A stretch of 64,000 bases of DNA from Mobula hypostoma (Eukaryota), in NCBI RefSeq assembly GCF_963921235.1, contig NC_086102.1, forward strand, positions 44,826,001 through 44,890,000, in the 5' to 3' direction. The notes below the pieces were generated by a model, which was given only the letters and a program-made list of their open reading frames with translations, was not told the DNA's origin and made no database searches. Positions 38,491 to 50,649 of this stretch are shown here, in pieces; the first letter of the stretch is position 1; each line of letters opens with the position of its first letter. The position numbers and the translations under genes are program-made.

Positions 38491-39924
38491 AATCGCTACG
38501 TTTTTTTCCCCTGTGTAGAATTTGCCTTTGCTGGCATGGATATTCTCCTACATCTCAAAGACACGAGGATTAGTAGCCCAACTAGCTACTGTAAGTTGCC
38601 CTTAATATGTGAGGCAGTTGTCGAGAATGTGAAGAGAATAAGAAAACGGGATTAACGTAGGAATGGTGCAGAAAGGTGGTTGATGGTCAGTGTAGACTTG
38701 GTAGGTCAAAGGGCTTGATCCCATGCTGTATTGTTCTATGTTAAACTACGTAGCGTTAGTTGCCTTTTTTCTCCCCCCAGACAGAAATCCAAATATCTAT
38801 TTTTTCATTTGTAAGAATTGAGTAAAACACCTAGCTTTATTTTTTAAAGATCTGGCCCCCTATTCTTAGACCCTCACTGTCCACCCACAATTCTCTTTAA
38901 TTTCTCAAAGGCCTGGATTAAGAAACCATTTAATTATTTAAATTCCAGACAACCCCATTTTCTGTAATCTCTTCAAGCCAAGCCTTGGAATCTAGTTACC
39001 ATCCTGGCGGATCTAACATTTTCTCCATGCAAAGCTAACACATTTTATCAAAAAAGACGCTGCTCAGCTATGCTTGCATGGCGCTGATTGCAAACTAACC
39101 AGGATTTTGTATGACCTTATTCCTTTGGATTTTTACCCTTTGTTCTGAAATGGCCCAAATTTAAAAGTTCATTATGGTTATTCTAGGTATCACTCTCTAA
39201 ATTAGCAACGATTCACATGCACCTGCCCCTCCATTCTAATCCTTCTAACCACTCAGCATTTTAAAAAAGTCTCCAGCTTGTCTCTTTAATGTCTAAAAAT
39301 GGATGATCTCCTATTTGTCTTGGTTGAAATTCATTTGCTGGCGTTGCTCATTCACTCAGTCTTTTAATCTCTAATTCAATGTCTTCATCTATGTGACTGA
39401 CAATGTCACTTACTTCTCTATCATTTGCAAGCTTGGATACAGAGCCAGTAATCAAACTCAGTTATAAAAATAGTGAATAGCTGGAGTTACAGCATGCAAC
39501 CCTGATGGACACCACTTGTCACTTCTGCCACTTTTAAGTGCACAGCTATTATTCTCTTTCCCTGTTCAGTCTGTTTCCCAGCCAGATCAATAAACTGCAT
39601 TCAATTTCACAAGCTTCAGCTTCAGTTAACAATCTTATGAAGGGCAATCCGAAATTTACACAGGCTTCCAGAAGACATCTGATAAACATTTTCCTAACCA
39701 CTTAGTTACATTTCTCATTTCATTTATATGGTTACTGTGTTTGAATGATCTCTCTCAATCTCCTTGATGCTGTTGGATGACGATGCTGGAACAAGGCTTA
39801 ATTGACATGGTTTGTCGACTATGGACACTAATTCATGTTTATAATGTGTTCTAGTTTCGGGTCACTCCTTTTTTGTTGCTAGCTTGGGTGATTTTGAATC
39901 AAGGCAGCCTGCAGATAACAGACA

Positions 39925-40160
39925 CTGAGCCAAATTGAACTGAACTGAACGGAACTGAAATATGCCTTTTGATTTTGGGTTTTATATCCTGTGTTTTCAC
40001 TCATTTTTTTGCCATTTGCAAGTGGGGGGGAAGGGAGGTTTGATGATTTTTTTTTCTTTGAATAGGTTCCATGGCTCTTTGTTTCATGACTGTCTGTGGG
40101 AAGAGCTGTATACTACATTTATACTTAGATAATAGATGCACTTTGAATCCTCTGAATGTC
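39925..40160 (+). mobile_element. Unclassified TTTGAA-tailed family, copy 3
   Basis: ttccatggctctttgtttcatgactgtctgt...gataatagatgcactttgaa, reverse-complement homolog of 1812-1990. Confidence 0.5.
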
Positions 40161-40690
40161 ATGCTAACATGAATGTCCTGCTGAAATCCGGAGGAAAACA
40201 CACGGGGGGGATCACAAAGCCGAGGAAAGAGGACCGGGTCAAGACAACAGAGTCTCTTGGAGAAGAGGAGTTTGGTGGGTAATACCGTTCCGGCTGACCG
40301 GAAGTACACTGAGAGCGGTAAGCATAAAGGAACTGGGTGCTTACTGTTCTGGCTAACAATGGATGGTGCAATCCGGGGTATATTACTATCGAGTGTTTGC
40401 AGACTGGATATTGAACTTTTTACTGTTGGACTTCGGCCACATTCCACCGTGATACAACACTTGGCGGCACGGGAGGTCGTTCCTGCCTGTGGCCGTCGAA
40501 CGTGTAGCTCCTCCCATGGAGGGTCAGACACCCTGAGCCAATAGACTGGTCCTGGATTTATTTTCCATCTGGCATAGTTTGCATTTTGTTGTTTGATTGT
40601 TGGGGGTTTTTGTACGCTCTACTCTTGGTTGGTGCGGCTGTAACGAAACCAAATTTCCCTCGGGATTAATAAAGTATATCTACCTATCTA
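40161..40690 (+). mobile_element. Internally deleted Rex1/Babar-like LINE (APE fragment joined to 3' UTR)
   Basis: ADRKYTESGKHKG...DIELFTVGLRP endonuclease motif, then 3' UTR ending ggattaataaagtatatctacctatct. Confidence 0.7.
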
Positions 40691-41837
40691 GGGCATTTTC
40701 ATCAGTCCATCTCCCCAAATTTCTCTGTAATCTATTCTCTCAAGCCCATCAACATTGTGGTTCCCTTTACCCTCTCCCCCACCCACTTTAGGGAATTTAC
40801 AGTAGCCATTAAGCTGTCAACCAAATTCAGGGTAGTGGGGAGAAACCCACACAGAATACATACAAGCTCCACATGGACAGCACAGGAGATGAGAACTTAA
40901 TTCACGTCACTGGAGCTGTGTTACAACAGCAGTAACTACTACATTACTTCAAAACGTTCTGTCACATGACACAACTTCCAAATTTACCCTAGTTCTCTGA
41001 CCAGCTTTAAATAGAAGTTGATCAGCCACAGAACACTTCAATACAATTTCCCAACAGAAATCTGGCAGAAAATTTACCGATTTTGTCCCTGAACTTAAAT
41101 CATTATCACTGTCTGATAAGCACGACCACACTGACCTAAATACATTAATTTGGAAATCTGAGCTGGTTTCCTCCTTTGTTGGTTCTAGGGCACTTATTCC
41201 AGTAGAACATCCCATTTTAAACTTGTTTAAGTCTACTTTAATTAATCTATATAGTAGTTAAAATTCTTCTATTAAAGCCACTTTGCTTTTGCCACATATT
41301 TGTCAGCTTTATAAACTCAAACCTATGCATTGATCCCATTTGAGTTTTAAATCCTTTACACTTACCACCCCTGAAGTTTGTTCTGAATGAGGCAGTTTAA
41401 AAAAAGTCAAACCACACTGACAGCCAACTAATAGATACATGGAGGACAACGGCCTCTGTCTATATTCACATAAGAAAACATAACTTCAGTATTTCACACA
41501 GCAGTACTCCTTACCTCCGGTAGGTAAAGCAATCACTGCACAGGTTAAAAAGGTTACTTTTTCTTAAAAAAAAGATTCTACTGGGAATTAAAACAAAATT
41601 TAGTAGAGAATTATTGTAAAAATATTTCTATAATCATAACTTGTTCTTACTTTTGGAAATTATCAAAACATGCACTGCTCACAGCTATGATTTAAAACTC
41701 TCAATTTCAGGGTTTCCTTCCATGCAGTTTGATGTGAAAATCCGAAATTTGTTGTTAGTGATGCAGCACTCCACCACAATCTTCTCATGGAAGGCACCTG
41801 AATGGAAACAATCTTTGCATGATCTTGCTGCAAAATA

Positions 41838-43304
41838 CAGGTTTCCCCCGCCATCCGAAGGTAGAGCGTTCTTATGAAACGGTTCGTAAGCCGGAATGTC
41901 GTAAAGCAAAGAAGCAATTACCATTTATCTATATGGGAAAAATTTCTGAGCGTTTGCAGACCCAAAAATAACCTACCAAATCATGCCAAATAACACATAA
42001 AACCTAAATTAACAGTAACATATAGTAAAAGCAGGAATGATATGATAAATACACAGCCTATATAAAGTAGAAATACTTCTCTACAATCATTGCCGCACTG
42101 TTCTCTGTAGCGAAAATCTCAAGCAAGCGCTCGCGGCAGAAACAATCTCTCCAGTAACCCTTAAGCTATGAAGCTGCCAAATCATATCAAATAATGCATA
42201 AAAATACACAGTCTATATAAAATAGAAATAATGTATGCACAGTGTAGTATCACTTACGGGAATCAGGAAGACAGCGCCCAGCACACTGATGATGGTGTGT
42301 TAGGTTGAGTCATCGGAGGTTGGGGTGGTGCAGTGGCCCCCAACCTCCAGGCTGCCGACCGATACCGATCCGTGAAGCATGCAGTGGTGCAGCAGTAGCC
42401 GGGATGCACCCAGCACATCTTTAAGAAAAAAGCCGAAATAAACAAGCTAATTAATTAGGTGCCGCCCGGCACGTAATCAATTAGCTTGTTTATTTCAGTT
42501 TTTTTCTTAAAGATGTGCTGGGTGCGTCTCGGCTACTGCTGCACTGCTGCATTCTTCATGGCAATGTATTGGAGGTTGGGGACCACAGGGGTGGTGGGAC
42601 ACTGGGGTGTCATCTCATCGATCAGGGCAGGCAGGTCATCTTCTTCTATGTCTGCATGCCTCGATGTCAAAGGTCGAGGTTTGTCGTCTGTTGTGGCTGA
42701 TGTGGAAGGCTTGCTGGACTGCTTAGCCTCGCGCATTTTTCTATCATACAGTTCTTTGTAAGCACTCAAACCATCTTGCAAATAGGCCCTAAACCAACGT
42801 ACCCTTTCAAAATTAAATTTGTACTTTATCATTGCAGTGAAAATCTCACACAGTTGCTTCACATTCAGTTCCTGGACGACTTCACTTTCGGTCTGTTCGC
42901 TACTGCATTTGGTTTCGATTGTTATCCTTTCCTCTTCCAATTGCATCAGCTCTTCATCTATCAGTTCTTGGTCATGGGATGCCAAAACCTCTTCAACATC
43001 ATCTTCGTCAACTTCCACAAGCCAAACTCACTTCGTCCTTACTTCATTCACCACGATCGAAACACTTAATTATATCTAGTTTTACACTAAGTGTAACACC
43101 CTTACGAGCTCTTTTAGGCTCTTCTGATACCTTAGAACTCATCTTGCTAACGGCTGCTCACAGGCACGTGTTTAAGCAATGCCGGCGAGAAAGCCGTTCC
43201 AAACACTGAAAACACCTTCTGTTAGCGAAAACAGGTAACTAATGTAGGTCTTTCGTAACTGTGAAGTTTTGTAAAGCAAACGTTCGAAAAGCGGGGGACA
43301 CCTG
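41838..43304 (-). mobile_element. Non-autonomous Tigger/pogo-like DNA transposon (1467 bp)
   Basis: TIRs caggtttcccccgccatccgaa / ttcgaaaagcgggggacacctg, TA on both sides; ORF 42533-43018 EVDEDDVEEVLASHDQELIDEELMQLE...AYKELYDRK...KQS resembles a Tigger transposase C-terminus. Confidence 0.88.
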
Positions 43305-43379
43305 TATTCTACAAGCGCTGCACATGTGTGACATGAGGTATTGAATTCATAAATGAAAAAAGCGCTGCTTAGCAAACCT

Positions 43380-43790
43380 TCTGGTCCAAAAACAGAACTG
43401 GTCATTGACTTCAAAAAATTAGTGGTGCACATACTCTTGTTTACATCAACAATACTGAGGTTGAGATGGCTGAAAATTTGGAGTTCATTGGACTGAATAT
43501 CATTAATAGCCTGTTCTGGTCTAAGCACGTAGACAGCATGGCCACAAAAGCTCATCTATGCCTCCACTTCTACAGGAAACTAAAGAAATTTTGGCATGCC
43601 CCATTTGACCCTCACCAATTTTTTTTTGTAGAGGCGCCACAGAAAGCATGCAATGCAGATGTGTCAAGGCTTGGTAAATCAACAAGTCTGCCCAACACTA
43701 CAAGAAACTGCAGAGTTGTGGATGAAGCTCAGCAAATCACAGAAACTAGCCTCCCCTCCCTGGCCGCTGTCTATATTTCTTGCATCCTTG
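43380..43790 (+). mobile_element. Degenerate Rex1/L2-like RT fragment
   Basis: ENLEFIGLNIINSLFWSKHVDSMATKAHLCLHFYRKLKKF, homologous to 25207-25413. Confidence 0.7.
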
Positions 43791-46148
43791 CATGGGCTCC
43801 ATTTGTTGCAGCACCGTTTGTGAGGGCTCCACTCGGCGCCTTGTGAGAATCCAGTCTGATGCCTTCATAACCACTTTCCGACATGAGCATTCCATGCAAA
43901 CCGAGGCCAATCGGCAGCTGGCTTCAGAAAGAGGAAGCTACCATTAAACCCACATGGGGAAAGCTTTCTGCTGTTTCACTATTGACTACAAGCTATTCTG
44001 ATTTTGTCATTTATCCTACAGACCACAACTGAGATGAAACAACATTATTCAGAGTTACATGCCACAGCATGAAAACACAAAATGCTCAACATCCATTTTC
44101 TGAAGGATCAGGCCATGCGAGCTGGTGTCAGTCAGCACCTGGGGCAAAAGTATTAGGTGACAATTACTAGATCAGAATAGCTATGATAATGATATCATCT
44201 TTCCCCAAACAAGCCCACACTGAAATTACTTTCCATATCCACTAGCTGGCTGCACAAAAAGCTGCTAATGACATCTACATTTACTTAATTATTCCCTGCC
44301 TCCATTCCACATCTACCTTCAAGATGCTGCTTTCTAACTACATATTCAGCGTGGAATTAAATCTCTTTTCATGATCTGCTTGATGGTACAATCGAGAACA
44401 TTCAACGGCGCTATTTCATTTTATCAATCTTCAAAGCTGGAGGAAATATTCTGTTGGATACCAAGCTGCCTCCAAACGATGGAAAAGGGTGGCATTTTAA
44501 GTAATCTATTCTTAAACATCTTTCATTACACATTCAATGATTCAAATTGTTATTTTAATGACAGCTGTGTTTTTACACATCTAATCCACTGAAATATTTA
44601 TCACTTGAAGATTTTGTTATGGTTCAATCATAAAAAGAACCATTTTACAGTTTAAACCCTCTTGCCCTACTCTTGTGAAGACAAGAACACGAGGAAACAA
44701 GAGCATGATTAAATCGCCTCCTGGCTTGTCAAGCGTGCCCTGACATTCAACACAGTCTCAGGCTTAAATTCTTCCTCTATGCCAGATCCCCACTGGCTTC
44801 AATTCTGTAAATTTTCAAAAATTCGTTTACCTCCACTTTAAATACTTTGAAGGAGCTATGTAGTTTAAATTGTTTAATTTCAAGTAATATTCGCTTTACT
44901 TTCACCAATGCATTAAAAATTTCTTCCAAGATTGATTTGTAAATATACTTTTCAGGTGAAAACATCAGATTACACCTCTTTACATCAGACTCTGACATTG
45001 GAGATCAATCAAGTGGTTCTTTTGTAACTTCTTCAGCTAATGAAAACTTTATTTACTTTCCAGCAATCAGAATTGCTTGCAATGGCCGAAGTGCAATCCA
45101 AACAAGGCAATATAAATTGTTATCATTCCTTCCTAAAAATAGAAATACTTTCATTACGCAGTTCAATACCCCTGCTGATTTTGTCATAAACTGGCTGAAT
45201 ACATTTAGTGGCGAGTTCTGGCTTGCTTTCAATCTCACCATTGCTTTCCTCCCTCACCCCCCCCACCACGATCATAATCATGGATATTGCATGCAGTCTA
45301 CAATTATTCCTCATATTCCATTTATTTTACCTGCAGTTGTTCAGTATTTACAGGAATGTAAGATAAAGAAGCAGGATTGGGCCATATTGCTTCACGCCTA
45401 CTCCTCCACACAATACGGGCAGTCCATACATATGAATGAGCTCCAATTAAATTCATTTCAATGTGCATGTATACATTGATAACTAGCTTTTTGCCTCTCC
45501 ACTTTTAGTAATTTTTTTTGTCGCTCTCACATGCTTCTGATGCCATTCATTACAATGCTACGGAGGTGTGACTAGCATTCAGTGACTTTTCTCTGTTTTG
45601 TTACTTATGGACAAAAAACCGACTGATGGACCTCCGCGAAAATGGAATCCATTTGTTACCTGTGGGCAGCCTTGAAAATGTTAATGATCCAGCTTTTCCA
45701 GTTTCTAGAGCAGAGAATTCCAACCAGAAATATTTTTCCTTACCATTTTAAATGGGAAACTACAATATCTTCTGAAATTATGAACCCAGTTCATGAGATG
45801 AATGCTCATAGTATTTAAATTCTCAAACCTCAGAATATGTTACAATATGAAAACTCTTTTTATTTCTAAGCACCAAAAGAGTATAGATTATAGGTCCAAA
45901 CTGCATTCATTGCTCATAAGACAACCACTTCATCCTAGCAAATGACCTTGTGATCCTATTTATAACAAGTTCCAAAGTAAGCTAAATGAATTAAATAAAA
46001 GGGACAAAAAAACTATATGCATTCCTTCAGCTCCATAAACCACACAGTCAAGGACAACATTCCAATCCCAATTCCATACCTGCATCTGCAGGATTATTTC
46101 CAGCTTCCTGTACAAGATCCTTCAGTGCAGCAGTTTTTTTACAGGTTT

Positions 46149-49100
46149 ATATAACCATATAACGATTACAGCACGGAAACAGGCCATGTCGGCCCTTCTA
46201 GTCCATGCCGAACTCTTACTCTCACCGTCCCACTGACCTGCACTCAGCCCATAACCCTCCATTCCTTTCCTGTCCATATATCTACCTAATTTAACTTTAA
46301 ACGACATCAAACCTGTCTCAACCACTTCTGCTGGATGCTCATTCCACACATCTACCACTCTCTGAGTAAAGAAGTTCCCCCTCATGTTACCCCTAAACTT
46401 TTGCCCTTTAACTCTCAACTCAAGTCCTGTTTGAATCTCCCCATTCTCAATGGAAAAAGCCTATCCACATCAACTCTATCAATCCCCCTCATAATTTTAA
46501 ACACCTCTATCAAGTCCCCCCTCAACCTTCTACGCTCCAAAGAATAAAGACCTAACTTATTCAACCTTTCTAACTTAGGAGATGAAACCCAGGCAATATT
46601 TTAGTAAACCTCCTCTGTACTCTCTCAATTTTATTGACATCTTTCCTATAATTCGGTGAAAAGAACTGTACACAATACTCCAAATTTGGCCTCACCAATG
46701 CCTTATATAATTTCAACATTACATCCCAACTCCTATACTCAATGCTCTGATTAATAAAGGCCAGCATACCAAAAGCTTTCTTCCCCACCCTATCCACATG
46801 AGATTCCACCTTCAGGGAACTATGCACCATTATTCCTAAATCCCTCTGTTCTACAGCATTCTTCAATGCCCTACCATTTACCATGTATGTCCTATTTTGA
46901 TTAGTCCTACCAAAATGTAGCACCTCACATTTTTCAGCATTAAACTCCACTTGCCATCTTTCAACCACTCTTCTAACTGGCCTAAATCTCTCTGCAAGCT
47001 TTGAAAACCTACTTCATTATCCACAATGCCACCTATCTTAGTATCATCTGCATACTTACTAATCCAGTTTACCACCCCATCATCCAGATCATTAATATAT
47101 ATGACAAACAACACTGGACCCAGTACTGATCCCTGAGGCACACCACTAGACACCATCCTCCAATCTGACACACAGTTATCCACCACTACTCTCTGGCGTC
47201 TCCCATCCAGCCACTGCTGAATCTATTTTACTACTTCGATATTAATGCCTAACGATTGAACCTTCCTAACCAACCTTCCATGTGGAACCTTGTCAAAGGC
47301 CTTACTGAAGTCCATATAGACAACATCCATCGCTTTACCCTCATCAACTTTCCTAGTGACCTCATCAAAAAATTTAATAAGATTTGTCAAACATGACCTT
47401 CCACGCACAAATCCATGTTGACTGTTCCTAATCAGACCCTGTCTATCCAGATGATTATATATACCATCTCTAGGAATACTTTCCATCAATTTACCCACCA
47501 CTGACTTCAGACTCACAGGCTGATAATTGGTAGGTTTACTCTTAGAACCCTTTTTAAACAACGGAACAACATGAGCAATATGCCAATCCTCCGGCACCAT
47601 CTCCGTTTCTAATGCCATTTGAAATATTTCTGTCAGAGCCCCTGCTATTTCCACACTAACTTCCCTCAAGGTCCTAGGGAATATCTTGTCCGGACCCAGA
47701 GACTTATCCACTTTTATGTTCCTTAAAAGCGCCAGTACTTCCTTTTCTTTAATCATCATACTTTCCTTAACTACCCTTCTTGTTTCCTTTATTTTATACA
47801 ATTCAATATCCTTCTCCTTAGTGAATACTGAAGAAAAGAAATTGTTCAAAATCTCCCCCATCTCTTTTGGCTCCGCACATAGCCGTCCACTCTGATTCCC
47901 TAAAGGACCAATTTTATCCCTCACTATCCTTTTGCTATTAATATAACTGTAGAAACCCTTTGGATTTATTTTCACCTTACTTACCAAAGCAGCCTCTTAT
48001 CTTCTTTTAGCTTTTCTAATTTCTTTCGTAAGATTCTTTTTACATTCTTTATATCCGAGCATCTCATTAACTCTAAGCTGCCTATATCTATTGTACATCC
48101 CTCTCTTTTTCCGAACCAAGTTTCCAATATCCCTTGAAAACCATGGCTCTCTCAAACTTTTACCCTTTCCTTTCAACCTGACAGGAACATAAAGATCCTG
48201 TACCCTCAAAATTTCACCTTTAAATGACCTCCATTTCTCTGTTACATCCTTCCCATAAAACAAATTGTCCCAATCCACTCCTTCTAAACCCTTTCACATC
48301 TCCTCAAAGTTAGCCTTTCTCCGATCAAAAATCTCAATCCTGGGTCCAGTCCTATTCTTCTCCATAATTATATTGTGATCACTGGACCCGAAGTGCTCCC
48401 CAACACTAATGGTATTGTGATCACTGGACCCGAAGTGCTCCCCAACACATACCTCTGTCACCTGACCTATCTCATTCCCTAACAGGAGATCCAACTCTGC
48501 CCCTTCTCTAGTTGGTACCTCTATGTATTGCTGCAAAACACTAACTTGCACTCATTTGACAAACTCCAAACCATCCAGCGCTTTTACAGAATGGGCTTCC
48601 CAGTCTATGCGTGGAAAATTAAAATCTCCCACAATCACAACCTTGTGCTTACTACAAATATCTGCTATCTCCTTACAAATTTGCTCCTCCAATTCTCGTT
48701 CCCCATTAGGTAGTCTATAATACATCCCTATAAGCATCACTACACATTTCCTATTCCTCAATTCCACCCAAATAACCTCCCTAGACGAGTCCACTAATCT
48801 ATCCTGCCAGAGCACCGCTGTTACATTTTCTCTGACAAGCAATGCAACACCTGCCCCTCTACCCCCTCCGATTCTATCACACCTGAAGCAACGAAATCCT
48901 GGAATATTTAGTTGCCGATCACACCCCTCCTGCAACCACGTTTCACTAATAGCTACAACATCATATTTCCAGGTATCAATCCATGCTCTAAGCTCATCCA
49001 CCTTTCTTACAATGCTCGTAACATTAAAATAGATGCATTTAAGAAACTCTCCACCTCTTACTCTCTGTTTATCCTTAATGGAGCAAACAACTTTGTTATC

Positions 49101-50400
49101 TTTTTCACCCTTCTCCCCTACATCTTTGGTCTGAGTGTTCCAGATCTCTGTCTCCTGCCTATCCTCCCCCACACACTGTCTACTAGCTTTCTCTATTTGT
49201 TAACTGACCTTCTCTCTCCTAGTCTCTTTAATTTGATTCCCACCCCCCCAACCATTCTAGTTTAAAGTCACCTCAGTAGCCCTCACAAACCTCCCCGCCA
49301 GGATATTGGTCCCCCTAGGATTCAAGTGTAACCCGTCCTTTTTCTACAGGTCACACCTGCGCCAAAAGAGGTCCCAATGATCCAAAAACTTGAATCCCTG
49401 CCCCTTGCTCCAATCCCTCAGCCACGCATTTATCCTCCACCTCACTGCATTCCTACTCTCACTGTCGCGTGGCACAGGCAGTAATCCTGAGATTACTACC
49501 TTTGTGGTGCTTTTTCTCAACTCCCTTCCTAACTCCCTGTATTCTCCTTTCAGGACCTCTCCCCTTTTCCTCCCTATGTCATTGGTACCTATATGTACCA
49601 CGACCTCTGGCTCCTCTCCCTCCCACTTCAGGACATCTTGGACGCGATCAGAAACATCCCGGACCCTGGCACCAGGGAGGCATGCTACCATCCGGGTCTC
49701 CGGACTGCGTCCACAGAATCGCCTATCTGACCCCCTTACTATCGAGTCCCCTATTACTACTGCCCTCCTCTCCCTTTCCCTACCCTTCTGAGCTACAGGG
49801 CCAGACTCTGTGCCGGAGGCACGGCCACTGTTGCTTCCCCCACGTAAGCTGTCCCCCCCCTAACAGTACTTATTGTCAAGGGGCACAGCCACTGGGGTAC
49901 TCTCTATTACCTGACTCTTCCACTTCCCCCTCCTAACCGTGACCCACCCACCTGTCTGCCTCCCGTGGCCCCGGTGTGTCCACCTGCCTGTAACTCCTCT
50001 CTTTCAACTCCTCACTCTCCCTGACAAGACAAAGGTCATCAAGCTGCAGCTCCAGTTCCCTAACATGGTCTCTTAGGAGCTGCATCTTGGCGCACTTGGC
50101 CAAGATCGTGGAGAGACTCCACGACCTCCCACATCTGGCAATGAGAACAACAAACTGTCCTCACACTCACACTTACCCTCTCCTCAAATAACAACAAAAA
50201 GTGAATACCAAACCTTCCTCGCCTCACTCGATCCCGCCTAAGCCCGTTGAGCCAAAGCCCTTAAGCCTTCACTCTGCTCCTGGCTCACTCCGCTGCCTGC
50301 AAAACGACGCTGCCCGCTGTATAAGGCTCTGTTCCTTTTAAATATTCCGTACTTCACTGCCCGATGTCACACGCCTGCGCAGTCCCGCATCTCTGAACAC
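46149..50400 (-). mobile_element. Near full-length CR1 LINE (5' UTR, ORF1 Zn-finger/zipper + esterase, ORF2 APE-RT), inactivated
   Basis: CpG-rich 5' UTR ~50180-50400; CQMWEV and RELELQLDDL remnants ~50030-50150; AVVIGDSIVRG...VHIGTNDI; APE ISETWL, VGDFNFP; RT GVPQGSVLGP, KYADD; multiple stops/frameshifts. Confidence 0.97.
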
Positions 50401-50649
50401 CGATGGAAAAAAACCCAAAAACTTCAAATACACAGCCTATATAAATACTTTTCTACAATCATTGCCGCACTGTTTGCTTCATTAAACTCCAGTTTTCTTT
50501 TCTTCCTACCAGTTATAACTTCATATTTCACTCCATCCACCACTTTTTTTGTACAACTCTTAATCCCTTTTACAGATTGTGTTTTCTTCACAACTTGGCT
50601 TTCCCACCTGTATTAGCAACAAATTTGACGATGAGATAATGTCATCCCA

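Noticed and set aside
40001-40531. 176-aa minus-strand ORF as a novel gene
   Set aside because: It is the antisense of two adjacent repeats, with no recognisable domain or splice context.
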